A stretch of 64,000 nucleotides of DNA from NCBI GenBank assembly GCA_002269645.1, contig NIVC01000632.1:186001-250000 (forward strand), in the 5' to 3' direction. The position numbers were made by a program, and so were the translations under genes. This stretch comes from Macrostomum lignano. Its lineage: Eukaryota. Within the stretch, counting starts at the first letter, position 1. Each line of letters opens with the position of its first letter. The notes beneath the pieces were generated by a model. The model saw nothing but the letters and a program-made list of their open reading frames with translations. It searched no databases and was not told where the DNA came from. Below, in pieces: positions 1-14,263 of this stretch.

Positions 1-1
1 G

Positions 2-1543
2 GCGCTGGCATTCTTCAGCAAAGACCTGCAGTCCCAGCTGATTGTCGATGCCAGTCCAACCGGAGCCGGCGCCATCCTAGCCCAAGTGCAGCCTGATGGT
101 TCGATTCGACCGGTGGCCTACACGAGCCGCAGCCTCAGCGCCACCGAGCAGCGGTACTCGCAGACCGAGCGCGAGGCACTCGCAGTAAAGTATGGCTGCC
201 TAAAATTTCATCACTATCTCAGCGGCTGTGAGCACTTTAAAGTCATAACTGACCACAGACCGCTCGTCTCGATGTTCAGCCCAGGGTCTCGGCCGCCGCC
301 CAGAATTGAACGCATGGCTCTCCGACTGCAGGACCTTGCCTTCAGCGTCGTTTACCAGCTCGGAGCCGGAAACCCGTCCGACGTGCTCAGCCGGCAACCG
401 CTACCGCTGCCGCCAAACAACGGAGGCGAGCGGGCCGACGCAGCGTTCGTTGCCATGGTCGTCCAGGCGGCGACTCCTGTGTCTCTCAGCATATCAGCGA
501 TCAAGGCGGCTTCGAAGCAGGACCCGACAGTGCAGGCTGCATGCCGCGCCATTCGCACCGGCAGCTGGGACTCCAAGGACGCGGATCTGAAGGGCATCCG
601 AGGCGTCATGCACGTCAGACACGACGGCCTCCTATTGCGCGGCAGCTAGCTGTTCGTGCCTGCGGTGCTGCGGTTCCGGTGCCTTCAACTGGCCCATCAA
701 GGAAGACACTGGACCGCCTGCAGTCAAAGGTCTGGTGGCCCGGCATGCGCTCGGCAGTAGAGACTCATGTGACGGTGGTTTAACATCTTTGGCCAGCCGA
801 CAACGGGTGTCAACCGACAACGGGCCGCCTTTCTCATCATCGGATTTCACCAGCTTCCTGAAAGACCAAGGAGTCCACCATCATCGGATTACGCCGCTCT
901 ACCCGCAGGCTAACGGAGCCACCGAGCGCTGCAACAAGGGCCTCAACAAAGCCATACGTGCAGCTGTCGCCGAAGGCAAAGACTGGACGGCAGCTGTCGA
1001 CGAATACCTGGCCACGTACCGGCGCACGCTGCACAGCTCGACAGGAGTCGCCCCGGCAAACCTGCTCTTCGGACACCACGTCAATGACACAATCCCCAGT
1101 CTTCACCACTCGCGACCTGTGAAAGCGACTCGAGCCGCCATTGCCGGAGCAAATTCGAATTGGCCAAGGAGAAGATGAAGGACTACCCAGACCAGCGAGA
1201 ACGAGCCGCTGACCATCAAATCCAACCAGGTGACCGCGTCCTACGGCGCCAGCAGCACCGACAAAAAACGGACACCTTCTTTGAAACCGTACCGTGGACT
1301 GTGGCCGAGGTTCATGGAGATGCCCTGGTTATTCAGCGTGGCGAGACCACTTGCCGACGGCACGCCACTCAGGTCAAGAAGCTGCCAGAGCCCCCGGCCA
1401 CGCAGCAGGCCGAGTCCATCGGCGAGACCGGCGGCCAAGAGGCGCCCGGCGAGCCCGCCGATCCGATCGCAGCCAGGCCGCACCCGCGCCAGGCCAAAGA
1501 CGGGGCCAAGAACTACAAGGAACCGGACCTCAGGAGACATTGA
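2..1543 (+). mobile_element. Degenerate Ty3/Gypsy LTR retrotransposon pol, 3' part (RNase H, integrase)
   Basis: The frame from position 2 reads LIVDASPTGAGAIL...VAYTSRSLSATEQRYSQTEREALA...TDHRPL (RNase H). It is followed by SKVWWPGM (integrase zinc-binding region), TDNGPPF and YPQANGATERCNK (integrase core). The RH-then-INT order is Gypsy-type. An in-frame TAG at 647-649, frameshifts and deletions make it non-functional. Confidence 0.93.
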
Positions 1544-1643
1544 GTCTCAGTGATTGCTTTGCAGCAGCAGACCTTGACAATGTACTTTTTGGTCACAATA
1601 TTTTGTTTTTTATCCCCTTGTTACTAATCCGCGCGTGGAGAGA

Positions 1644-1844
1644 TGTAGTGCTCACGCGAGCCTAATTTATATGTACATCGGCCTTGCGTACAATTCATGC
1701 ACTTCAAGTGCGGCGATTCTCCACCCCCACTCTGGTGGCGTGATTTTATTCCATAGTCTGAAAATAAATAAATATCGATCAGCCCACCTAGCAGGGCTCC
1801 ACCTTTCGTCTCAGCACACTCCGGCCTTTCTTATAGCCATTACA
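1644..1844 (+). mobile_element. Putative 3' LTR of the Gypsy element
   Basis: Starts TGTAG right after the purine run GGAGAGA (PPT-like) and ends TTACA, giving TGTA...TACA termini. It contains AATAAA. The matching 5' LTR is outside the window, so this is unconfirmed. Confidence 0.6.
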
Positions 1845-2261
1845 ATTATCGGCGGTTGTTGTTCAATTGATTTCTGTTGAATTTGAGTTAAAGGCCGCCT
1901 CCCTATTCCTAAGGGATTGGATAGGGTCCTTTGGACCGATTCCGATACTCTTAAGACGTTCATTGACTTTTGGTACGCTAGAGTAGCAGATAGGGGCATA
2001 CGACTCCGATTCCGTTATTTTTAGAAGTTGCTCTCGTATTCGGCCGACTTCAGAACCAACAAGGAGAACCCGCTGCGCGGCTGTGAACCTGCCCGATAAG
2101 AAGAGGAGACCGCTGTGGTAAGTGATCACTAAATTATGTTCCCAGACTTTCGGTCTGGAAGTGGGAGTTCGTGCGTTTGGACACTACTCGTTATTCTCTC
2201 TCTCTTTCTCTCCTTTCCCCTCTCCCTAGTGTGCTGAAATCGTGAACTCTTCACGAGCTCT

Positions 2262-2430
2262 GTTTATCGTTAGGCATGCACACTTCTCTGCGATTTGGTG
2301 GTTGGCATTCAAGGGCGTTAACTTCACGAGCAGAGCCAAGCCGGGATTCCAATTTAGCCCCAGATTAATGTGACTACACTTGGAATCGAACCTGGGCCGC
2401 TGGAACATAAAAGTGCCGCGCTGGAGGCAA
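2262..2430 (-). mobile_element. Diverged partial copy of tRNA-derived SINE family A
   Basis: Reverse complement contains CCAGGTTCGATTCCAAGTG and the body GGAATCCCGGCTTGGCTCTGCTCGTG, matching the copies at 16182, 16863, 17942 and 61687. Confidence 0.8.
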
Positions 2431-2829
2431 GGTTTCAAGGCTCACTAGTGTGTAGTGTGTACTAGGCGCAGCTTCTATATCTGAGCTCAAGTACCGGCAT
2501 GCCCTCGCTAAACAGCTACTCATATTTTTAAGGGAAAAGTTCTGACTGACTCCCTCTGGAATCGCACTAGAGTAAGTTTTTGACCAGCTTCTTGTAGCCC
2601 CAAAGACATGTGAAGCATTGCACTTTAGTTAAGTCGTTCTTGGATGCGTCGTCTCGGGAAGTAACATTGTTTACGAAATGGCCACCTCGAAGCTTCGAGG
2701 ACTGTGTTGCTTGACGCTAATATAAAATCCTTGGTTGCAACCTTCGGCAACCCAGTATGGCGCCTTTATCCTCTGTTTAAAAGACTACCGAGACCTTTTG
2801 AGACCGAAATATTTTGATAAAACTGTTGT

Positions 2830-5328
<2,499 letters not shown>

Positions 5329-5412
5329 GCTCGGTGTCGGGTAGCTATCGGTGGTAGATTACAGCTGAATATCTGTTGCTAAACGGAAGTGAATCACCTG
5401 CAAACGAGGATG

Positions 5413-5660
5413 GCTGGTTGGTCAGAGCGGCTCAGCGGTAAACACGCTTGACTCTTTCGCCACGGTCCCTGGTTCCTCCTACGAGCATGAGGGCCAACCC
5501 CCAGAGCTCAGAGAGAGTGTACATACATGCCTTCTGCCGATCAGAAAGTCAGGGCGCTGTGCACCTCTTGAGAGGGTGTGTATGAGTGCCGGGATTCGAG
5601 CTCCGGACGCGAGGGTCGGACACCGCGTTACCCTCCGCCACTTGGCCTGTCCCAACCCGA
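5413..5660. mobile_element. Diverged SINE-A-related copy (+, about 5413-5585) abutting an opposite-strand tRNA-like head (about 5590-5660)
   Basis: GCCAACCCCC...AGTGTAC...AAAGTCAGGGCGCTGTGCAC matches the SINE-A core. The minus strand has TGGCGGAGGG...GCTCGAATCCC boxes. Confidence 0.45.
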
Positions 5661-6189
5661 GAAATTCCGAATCAAGTAGTTTGAGCATGTTTCTCAGAGA
5701 ATGCTCTGGACCGAGAGACTTAGGGCTTTGCTTCATCTGACCGGGATTTTTAATCCCACTGGGCAAAAAATCCTCACGGGCATGCAAAAAGCCGCCATGC
5801 TAAATCCGTTGTCTTTTATCAGCAAAGAAAAACAATTTCAGAAAGAAAGTCTTCAATTCCAATCTTTAGGGGCTCTCGAGAGCTGAGGCCATTCGCCTGA
5901 GCTGGGAGATTTCCCATCTCCCCCTGAAGCTGGGATCAGCCTAATCTGGCAGATCTTCGAGGCTGTGTTAATGGCTTTTCTCTACTTATATTTTTCTCTT
6001 TCGGAGGCTTTTCTATGCTTCTACACGCCAAACGGTGGGCCACTTCCGAATTCTCCCTTGTTCCCCTGCGCGGTTGGCCTTCCATAAATATTTTCTACCG
6101 TATTAACTTCAGCGCTGCATGTAGAATGGCTGGTGCTTTTCACTGGTGAGTGAAAGGCAGTTGGACTTGGGCACTCGGCCAACTGTCTT

Positions 6190-7425
6190 CCCTCCTCTCC
6201 TGTCCTCTCCTGTCCTGTCTTCTCCTCTCCTCTCCTGTCCTGTCCTCTCCTGTCCTGTCCTCTCCTCTCCTCTCCTCTCCTCTCCTCTCCTCTCCTCTCC
6301 TCTCCTCTCCTCTCCTCTCCTGTCCTCTCCTGTCCTCCTCTCCTCTCCTCTCCTCTCCTCTCTCCTCTCCTCTCCTGTCCTCTCCTCTCCTCTCCTCTCC
6401 CCTCCTCTCCTCTCCTGTCCTCTCCTGTCCTCTCCTCTCCTCTCCTCTCCTCGCCTCTCCTCTCCTCTCCTCTCCTCTCCTCTCCTCTCCCCTCCTCTCC
6501 TGTCCGCTCCTCTCCTCTCCTCTCCTCTCCTCTCCTGTCCTCTCCTCTCCCCTCCTCTCCTCTCCTCTCCTTTCCTCTCCTCTCCTCTCCTGTCCGCTCC
6601 TCTCCTCTCCTCTCCTCTCCTCTCCTCTCCTCTCTCCCTCCTCTCCTCTCCTCTCCTCTCCTCTCCTCTCCTCTCCTCTCCTCTCCTCTCCTCTCCTCTC
6701 CTCTCCTCTCCTCTCCTCTCCTCTCCTCTCCTCTCCTCTCCTCTCCTCCTCTCCTCTCCTCTCCTGTCCTCTCCTCTCCTCTCCTGTCCGCTCCTCTCCT
6801 GTCCTCTCCTCTCCTCTCCTCTCCTCTCCTCTCCTCTCCTCTCCTCTCCTCTCCTCTCCTCTCCTCTCCTCTCCTCTCCTCTCCTCTCCTCTCCTCTCCT
6901 CTCCTCTCCTCTCCTCTCCTCTCCTCTCCTCTCCTCTCCTCTCCTCTCCTCTCCTCTCCTCTCCTCTCCTCTCCTCTCCTGTCCGCTCCTCTCCTCTCCT
7001 CTCCTCTCCTCTCCTCTCCTCTCCTCTCCCTCCTCTCCTCTCCTCTCCTCTCCTCTCTCTCCTCTCCTCTCCTCTCCTCTCCTCTCCTCTCCCTCCTCTC
7101 CTGTCCGCTCCTCTCCTCTCCTCTCCTCTCCTCTCCTCTCCTGTCCTCTGCTCTCCTCTCCTCTCCTCTCCTCTCCTCTCCTCTCCTCTCCTGTCCGCTC
7201 CTCTCCTCTCCTCTCCTCTCCTCTCCTGTCCGCTCCTCTCCTCTCCTCTCCTCTCCTCTCCTCTCCTGTCCTCTCCTCTCCTCTCCTCTCCTCTCCTCTC
7301 CTGTCCTCTCCTCTCCTCTCCTCTTCTGTCCGCTCCTCTCCTCTCCTCTCCTCTCCTCTCCTCTCCTCTCCTCTCCTCTCCTCTCCTCTCCTCTCCTCTC
7401 CTCTCCTTTCCTCTCCCCCTCCCTC
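6190..7425. repeat. (CTCTC)n/(GAGAG)n pentanucleotide array with CTGTC variants
   Basis: Directly visible 5-bp period over about 1.2 kb. Confidence 0.98.
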
Positions 7426-8370
7426 TTCTCGTCTCATTGTTCATTATCGGATAATAATATCAGAATAATCACCAGAGCAGCACTGCACTGGACGTACTTG
7501 AATTTCTACAGTAACTGAGCCTGATTAAAAAGAACTCCTCCGCAATGACGCACGCAGGGCCATAGTTGGCAAAAGTTCTAATTCGCTGCTTGGCTAACCT
7601 CGCTCCTCCCGCATGTTATGTGCTTAGCCGGTGCCCAGCTGGGAACTCCGAACTAACTCAGCCTGTGCTGCCCCTCCCCCATCTCAGACGAGAGCCTCTA
7701 ATGAAGACGCCGCCAGACTCACCGCGCCCTGCTCAGGCCTCCCCGTCATCTATAGCGACTACGTAAGTGAATTTTGCAAGAGAAATTTGGCCCTGAATCT
7801 GGCAAAAGCTTGACCGACGGGCGGTGTAGGGGAGTGGCAGGGCGGACCGGCTGCAGCTTCCCTTCTTCATCTCTTCCTCAACCGAGTCGTTGCTTCTCCT
7901 CTCCTCTCTTCTCTTGACAAGCAAAGCGTGTATGTGGGCCCCGTGCGACCAGCGGGATGTTGATGAGCGGAGAATGGCAAGCCTCCGAATCCACCCGCTC
8001 CCGTGGGAGCCGCCTCTCCCCATCTCCCCCTATTTCTCCCAAATCCCCCATGGCTGCCAACCAGAGACTCAGGCGGCGCCGGCCTCGCCGCTTTAACCTT
8101 TTATCAAATTTTCCAGCCTCGAAGCCGCTTCATCACTGACCAGCTCTCCCTGAATTCCCCCACTGCCCCCTTCCTCACCTCCTTTCGTTGTCGAATCGAT
8201 GCACTCCCGTCTGCCGCTCCCTGCAGCTCCCAAGAGTCTCTGCTCTGAGCACAGCAACAGTTTAAAGCAGTTTGCCGAGTTCGGTGAAGTCGGCTGAGTA
8301 ATAATTGAGTGGCATGATGAGCAAGAGATTTTTGCAGAATCTGCGAGAATCATCTCAGTGATCGAAGAGT

Positions 8371-9030
8371 CATCTCAATGAGAATCTCGTATCTAAGAGT
8401 CATCTCAATGAGAATCTCATATCTAAGAGTCATCTCAATGAGAATCTCGTATCCAAGAGTCATCTCAATGAGAATCTCGTATCTAAGAGTCATCTCAATG
8501 AGAATCTCGTATCTAAGAGTCATCTCAATTAGAATCTCATATCTAAGAGTAATCTCAATGAGAATCTCATATCTAAGAGTAATCTCAATGAGAATCTCAT
8601 ATCTAAGAGTCATCTCAATGAGAATCTCGTATCTAAGAGTCATCTCAATGAGAATCTCATATCCAAGAGTAATCTCAATGAGAATCTCGTATCTAAGAGT
8701 CATCTCAATGAGAATCTCGTATCTAAAAGCAATCTCATTGAGAATCTCATATCTAAGAGTAATCTCAATGAGAATCTCGTATCTAAGAGTCATCTCAATG
8801 AGAATCTCGTATCTAAGAGTCATCTCAATGAGAATCTCGTATCTAAGAGTCATCTCAATTAGAATCTCATATCTAAGAGTCATCTCAATGAGAATCTCAT
8901 ATCTAAGAGTCATCTCAATGAGAATCTCGTATCCAAGAGTCATCTCAATGAGAATCTCGTATCTAAGAGTCATCTCAATGAGAATCTCGTATCTAAGAGT
9001 CATCTCAATGAGAATCTCATATCTAAGAGT
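8371..9030. repeat. 30-bp minisatellite CATCTCAATGAGAATCTCGTATCTAAGAGT, about 22 copies
   Basis: Directly visible; produces the spurious MTLRYEILIE repeat ORF. Confidence 0.97.
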
Positions 9031-9575
9031 CAACAAAGCAGGAGCTCTCAGTTGCCCCGAGACTCCCAGCTGAAATCAGCTGCTGTCACTTCCGTCTTCG
9101 AACTCCCAACCCGCTCCTCTCCCCTCGAATAAATTCCAGCTCCCTGCCGATGCAGAGGAGATTTTCCAAGGTGGACAGAAAATGGAAAACGGGATGAGTG
9201 CGTGGGCAATAAGAGGCCTGGGGATTTGGGATTACAGACAGACAGACTGGCAGGCAGGCGCGGCTGGTTTCCCTCCTCTCCCAGTAGATAAACACGGCAG
9301 GGAATATTTGCGGTGGCTGATAAACACTCGCAGGCAGAGAGCTGGCATTCAGCAGCTTTCTGTCATTCCCCTGCTGTTCCAATAGAATCTGGAACTGACG
9401 AGAGAACCGAGGCCTCTCGGCCCTGCGCTTTTGTGCAGGCAAAGCGGAGAGAAAGAGTTGTTAATGGGAGAGAAATTGACGCGAAGTCAGCATAGGAAGG
9501 TCGCAGATTTTTTCCTGTAGGAACTCTCTGTCAACTGATGCATGAAGCAATCGGTGAGGGCTGCGCATCAGGTGC

Positions 9576-11345
9576 GGCGCTTACTTGGCGCTAAAATCTC
9601 AGCTGTGGCGCTTACTTGGCGCTAAAGTCTCTGCTGTGGCGCTTACTTGGCGCTAGAATATCAGCTGTGGCGCTTACTTGGCGCTAAAGTCTCTGCTGTG
9701 GCGCTTACTTGGCGCTAAAGTCTCTGCTGTGGCGCTTACTTGGCGCTAAAATCTCAGCTATGGCGCTTACTTGGCGCTAAAATCTCAGCTATGGCGCTTA
9801 CTTGGCGCTAGAATATCAGCTGTGGCGCTTACTTGGCGCTTAAATCTCAGCTGTGGCGCTTACTTGGCGCTAGAATATCAGCTGTGGCGCTTACTTGTCG
9901 CTAGAATATCAGCTGTGGCGCTTACTTGGCGCTAAAGTCTCTGCTGTGGCGCTTACTTGGCGCTAAAGTCTCTGCTGTGGCACTTACTTGGCGCTAGAAT
10001 ATCAGCTGTGGCGCTTACTTGGCGCTAAAATCTCAGCTATGGCGCTTACTTGGCGCTAGAATATCAGCTGTGGCGCTTACTTGGCGCTTAAATCTCAGCT
10101 ATGGCGCTTACTTGGCGCTAGAATATCAGCTGTGGCGCTTACTTGGCGCTAAAATCTCAGCTGTGGCGCTTACTTGGCGCTAAAGTCTCTGCTGTGGCGC
10201 TTACTTGGCGCTAAAATCTCCGCTATGGCGCTTACTTGGCGCTAGAATATCAGCTGTGGCGCTTACTTGGCGCTAGAATCTCTGCTGTGGCGCTTACTTG
10301 GCGCTAGAATATCAGCTGTGGCGCTTACTTGGCGCTAAAGTCTCTGCTGTGGCGCTTACTTGGCGCTAAAATCTCAGCTATGGCGCTTACTTGGCGCTAA
10401 AATCTCAGCTATGGCGCTTACTTGGCGCTAGAATATCAGCTGTGGCGCTTACTTGGCGCTTAAATCTCAGCTATGGCGCTTACTTGGCGCTAGAATATCA
10501 GCTGTGGCGCTTACTTGGCGCTAAAGTCTCTGCTGTGGCGCTTACTTGGCGCTAAAGTCTCTGCTGTGGCGCTTACTTGGCGCTAAAATCTCCGCTATGG
10601 CGCTTACTTGGCGCTAGAATATCAGCTGTGGCGCTTACTTGGCGCTAGAATCTCAGCTGTGGCGCTTACTTGGCGCTAAAGTCTCTGCTGTGGCGCTTAC
10701 TTGGCGCTAGAATATCAGCTGTGGCGCTTACTTGGCGCTTAAATCTCAGCTGTGGCGCTTACTTGGCGCTAAAGTCTCTGCTGTGGCGCTTACTTGGCGC
10801 TAAAATCACAGCCATGGCGCTTACTTGGCGCTAAAGTCTCTGCTGTGGCGCTTACTTGGCGCTAAAGTCTCTGCTGTGGCGCTTACTTGGCGCTTAAATC
10901 TCAGCTATGGCGCTTACTTGGCGCTAGAATATCAGCTGTGGCGCTTACTTGGCGCTAGAATATCAGCTGTGGCGCTTACTTGGCGCTAAAGTCTCTGCTG
11001 TGGCGCTTACTTCGGCGCTAGAATATCAGCTGTGGCGCTTACTTGGCGCTAGAATATCAGCTGTGGCGCTTACTTGGCGCTAGAATCTCAGCTGTGGCGC
11101 TTACTTGGCGCTATAATATCAGCTGTGGCGCTTACTTGGCGCTAGAATATCAGCTGTGGCGCTTACTTGGCGCTAAAGTCTCTGCTGTGGCGCTTACTTG
11201 GCGCTAAAGTCTCTGCTGTGGCGCTTACTTCGGCGCTAGAATATCAGCTGTGGCGCTTACTTGGCGCTAAAATCTTGGCTATGGCGCCTATAATTAGCGC
11301 TAAAATCTCGGCTATGGCGTCTATAATTAGCGCTAAAATCTGTCC
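9576..11345. repeat. 31-bp minisatellite GGCGCTTACTTGGCGCTA(AAATCTCAGCTGT/GAATATCAGCTGT/AAGTCTCTGCTGT), more than 50 copies
   Basis: Constant core plus three recurring variant halves; the units decay at the right end. Confidence 0.97.
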
Positions 11346-11581
11346 CACAGAAAATTGAAAAAAATGAAACACAGTGTGGATGGCTGAGGAGAAGTTGAGC
11401 TGGGAGCAGTGGGATCCGACGGGTGGGTGGGACAGATCGAAGACGGCTGTCTGATCGAAATGAACCGCCCTGAGGACTTTGGCCAGCAGATTAATCTTTG
11501 TTTCATGTTTATTGGGAGATGGAAACAGACAGAGAGGACAGAAACTGCTCAGAAAGGGCTCAGTCATGCTGTTCGCTGGGT

Positions 11582-12140
11582 ACTAAGATTCTCATAGCTA
11601 AGATTTTCACAGCTAAGATTCTTATAGCTAAGATTCTCATAGCTAAGATTCTCATAGCTAAGATTCTCATAGCTAAGATTCTCATAGCTAAGATTCTCAT
11701 AGCTAAGATTCTCATAGCTAAGATTCTCATAGCTAAGATTCTCATAGCTAAGATTCTCATAGCTAAGATTCTCATAGCTAAGATTCTCATAGCTAAGATT
11801 CTCATAGCTAAGATTCTCATAGCTAAGATTCTCATAGCTAAGATTTTCATAGCTAAGATTTTCAAAGCTAAGATTTTCAAAGCTAAGATTCTCATAGCTA
11901 AGATTCTCATAGCTAAGATTCTCATAGCTAAGATTCTCATAGCTAAGATTCTCATAGCTAAGATTCTCATAGCTAAGATTCTCATAGCTAAGATTCTCAT
12001 AGCTAAGATTCTCATAGCTAAGATTCTCATAGCTAAGATTCTCATAGCTAAGATTCTCATAGCTAAGATTCTCATAGCTAAGATTCTCATAGCTAAGATT
12101 CTCATAGCTAAGATTCTCATAGCTAAGATTCCCATTAGCA
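11582..12140. repeat. 15-bp minisatellite AGCTAAGATTCTCAT, about 37 copies
   Basis: Directly visible and highly homogeneous. Confidence 0.97.
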
Positions 12141-12663
12141 ACTTTGCTTCACTTCAACGCCTTTATAAAATTGAGCTGTCAACCTTACCTTGAGAACTGG
12201 AGAACACCATCAGACGGACGCTTCCTTCTGGCCGGGATGCAGCTCACAAAGGTTCTGTTCGTTAAATATGAGGGAAGGAAAATTATGTGTTAACACTACG
12301 GAGCAGTTTTGCCCAGCCAGTCAGCAACTGCAGCCTTGGCAACAGCCCCATCACTGTCTCAGCCAATGGAGAAGTCTCTCGCCCCTCCCCCATAGTATTT
12401 GGGCAGCTCCGGTCTGTAGGTGGGCGCAAACATTGAAGGAACTCAACTCTGCTGAAGCTGCCGGTCGTGGCTCTCGCCGCTATTTTTAGTCTGCTCAGCT
12501 CAAACTGAGAATCAGTCCTTCAGACACCTGTTAGGGGGAAGCTGGGAATAGTGAAGGAACTGGGATGGAGATGCTGAAGCAGAAGTGCTTTGTTGTTGTG
12601 TGAAGTAGACATGTTTGGGAACGATTGGTGGCAGGCAGGAAAAGGGAAAGAGAGGACAAGACG

Positions 12664-12862
12664 AGTAGGGAGTAGGCAGACAGATGGCAGAGAGTAGGCA
12701 GACAGATGGCAGAGAGTAGGCAGACAGATGGCAGAGAGTAGGCAGACAGATGGCAGACAGATGGCAGAGAGTAGGCAGACAGATGGCAGAGAGTAGGCAG
12801 ACAGATAGCAGAGAGTAGGCAGACAGATGGCAAGCAGATGGCAGAGAGTAGGCAGAGAGATG
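12664..12862. repeat. About 22-bp minisatellite GAGAGTAGGCAGACAGATGGCA
   Basis: Directly visible, about 8 copies. Confidence 0.9.
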
Positions 12863-13461
12863 GAAGAGAGATTAGAGGGCGAGACAAAGGCGAGGGTGCA
12901 GGCCGCAGAAGTGATGCACTTTCACTGCAATCCAACAGGGCCTCTGGGATCATGGGAAAACGAATTGCGGGTGTGAGGCGGAGAGGAGCAGTGAATGGGG
13001 TATCAAGATTCAACATGTCGATTATTGCTGAGGCTCGCAGCGGGCCCCATCGATCACTGAGCTGGAGGGACCGTGGCGGGTAGGGGGGAGCCATTCTGTA
13101 ACTTTTACACTCCTGCCCCAGCCAAGTCTGGCCGCATCAGGCAGGGCTATCGCGTGCCGTAGGAAAACTTTATAATCCAACTGCGATCTCCGCCTCTGCC
13201 ACTTGCGCCTGTTCCCCCCACTTTTCTGTTGCGAGCGGCCAAGTTATCCCCATACAGAACGCGCTGTGGCTTGGAGATCCGGCTTGGCTAAGCAATTCTT
13301 TTCTGAGCGATTTGAGCAGTGCAGCTGCGGCCCGATGCTTCATCCGGAATCAGCGAAATCTTCTTGCCTGCCAATCAGATCCCAAACTCCCCAGCAAGAA
13401 TATCCTACTTAATTCCATCTCCGGGACTTGAATCTGGAATCAAGTTTATGGAATAACATCT

Positions 13462-13881
<420 letters not shown>

Positions 13882-14263
13882 TTTTGACAGACAAAATTTT
13901 CAGATTTTTTCTGTCAGAACGCAGCGCAGCTGAAGGTCAGAGCACAAGAGGTGCCGAGCAGGAGTCAGTTAAAGTGCTCATGCCTGTCATTTAGCTTAAA
14001 ATTTGAAACCCACCGAGTTTAAAATGTATCACTAAAATCGTTCGTTTTGTCGCATTTTTCGGGATGTTACAATTATATATTTTTGTTTTACTGTCAAAAA
14101 TGTTTTTAATAGGCTCGAGGCGCCAAATATAGTCTTGAAGCATTGGTGCATGCTTTAAGTTAATAAGATCGGGGCAAGACGGTTTCAGTCCAGTGTGAAG
14201 CCTGCAGCTCTTGTCGGTAAGTTCCTTTTGCGCACTGACTCGCGCGGATCTCCGCTGATTCTC

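Noticed and set aside
9576-11345. CRISPR-like look (constant core plus variable part)
   Set aside because: The variable parts are three recurring variants of 13 nt, not unique spacers, and the context is eukaryotic with no cas genes.
6109-12193. Long ORFs (EERRG, LSSPL, MTLRYEILIE, AKILI repeats)
   Set aside because: Stop-free frames of 5-, 30- and 15-bp tandem repeats, with no splice signals or unique coding context.
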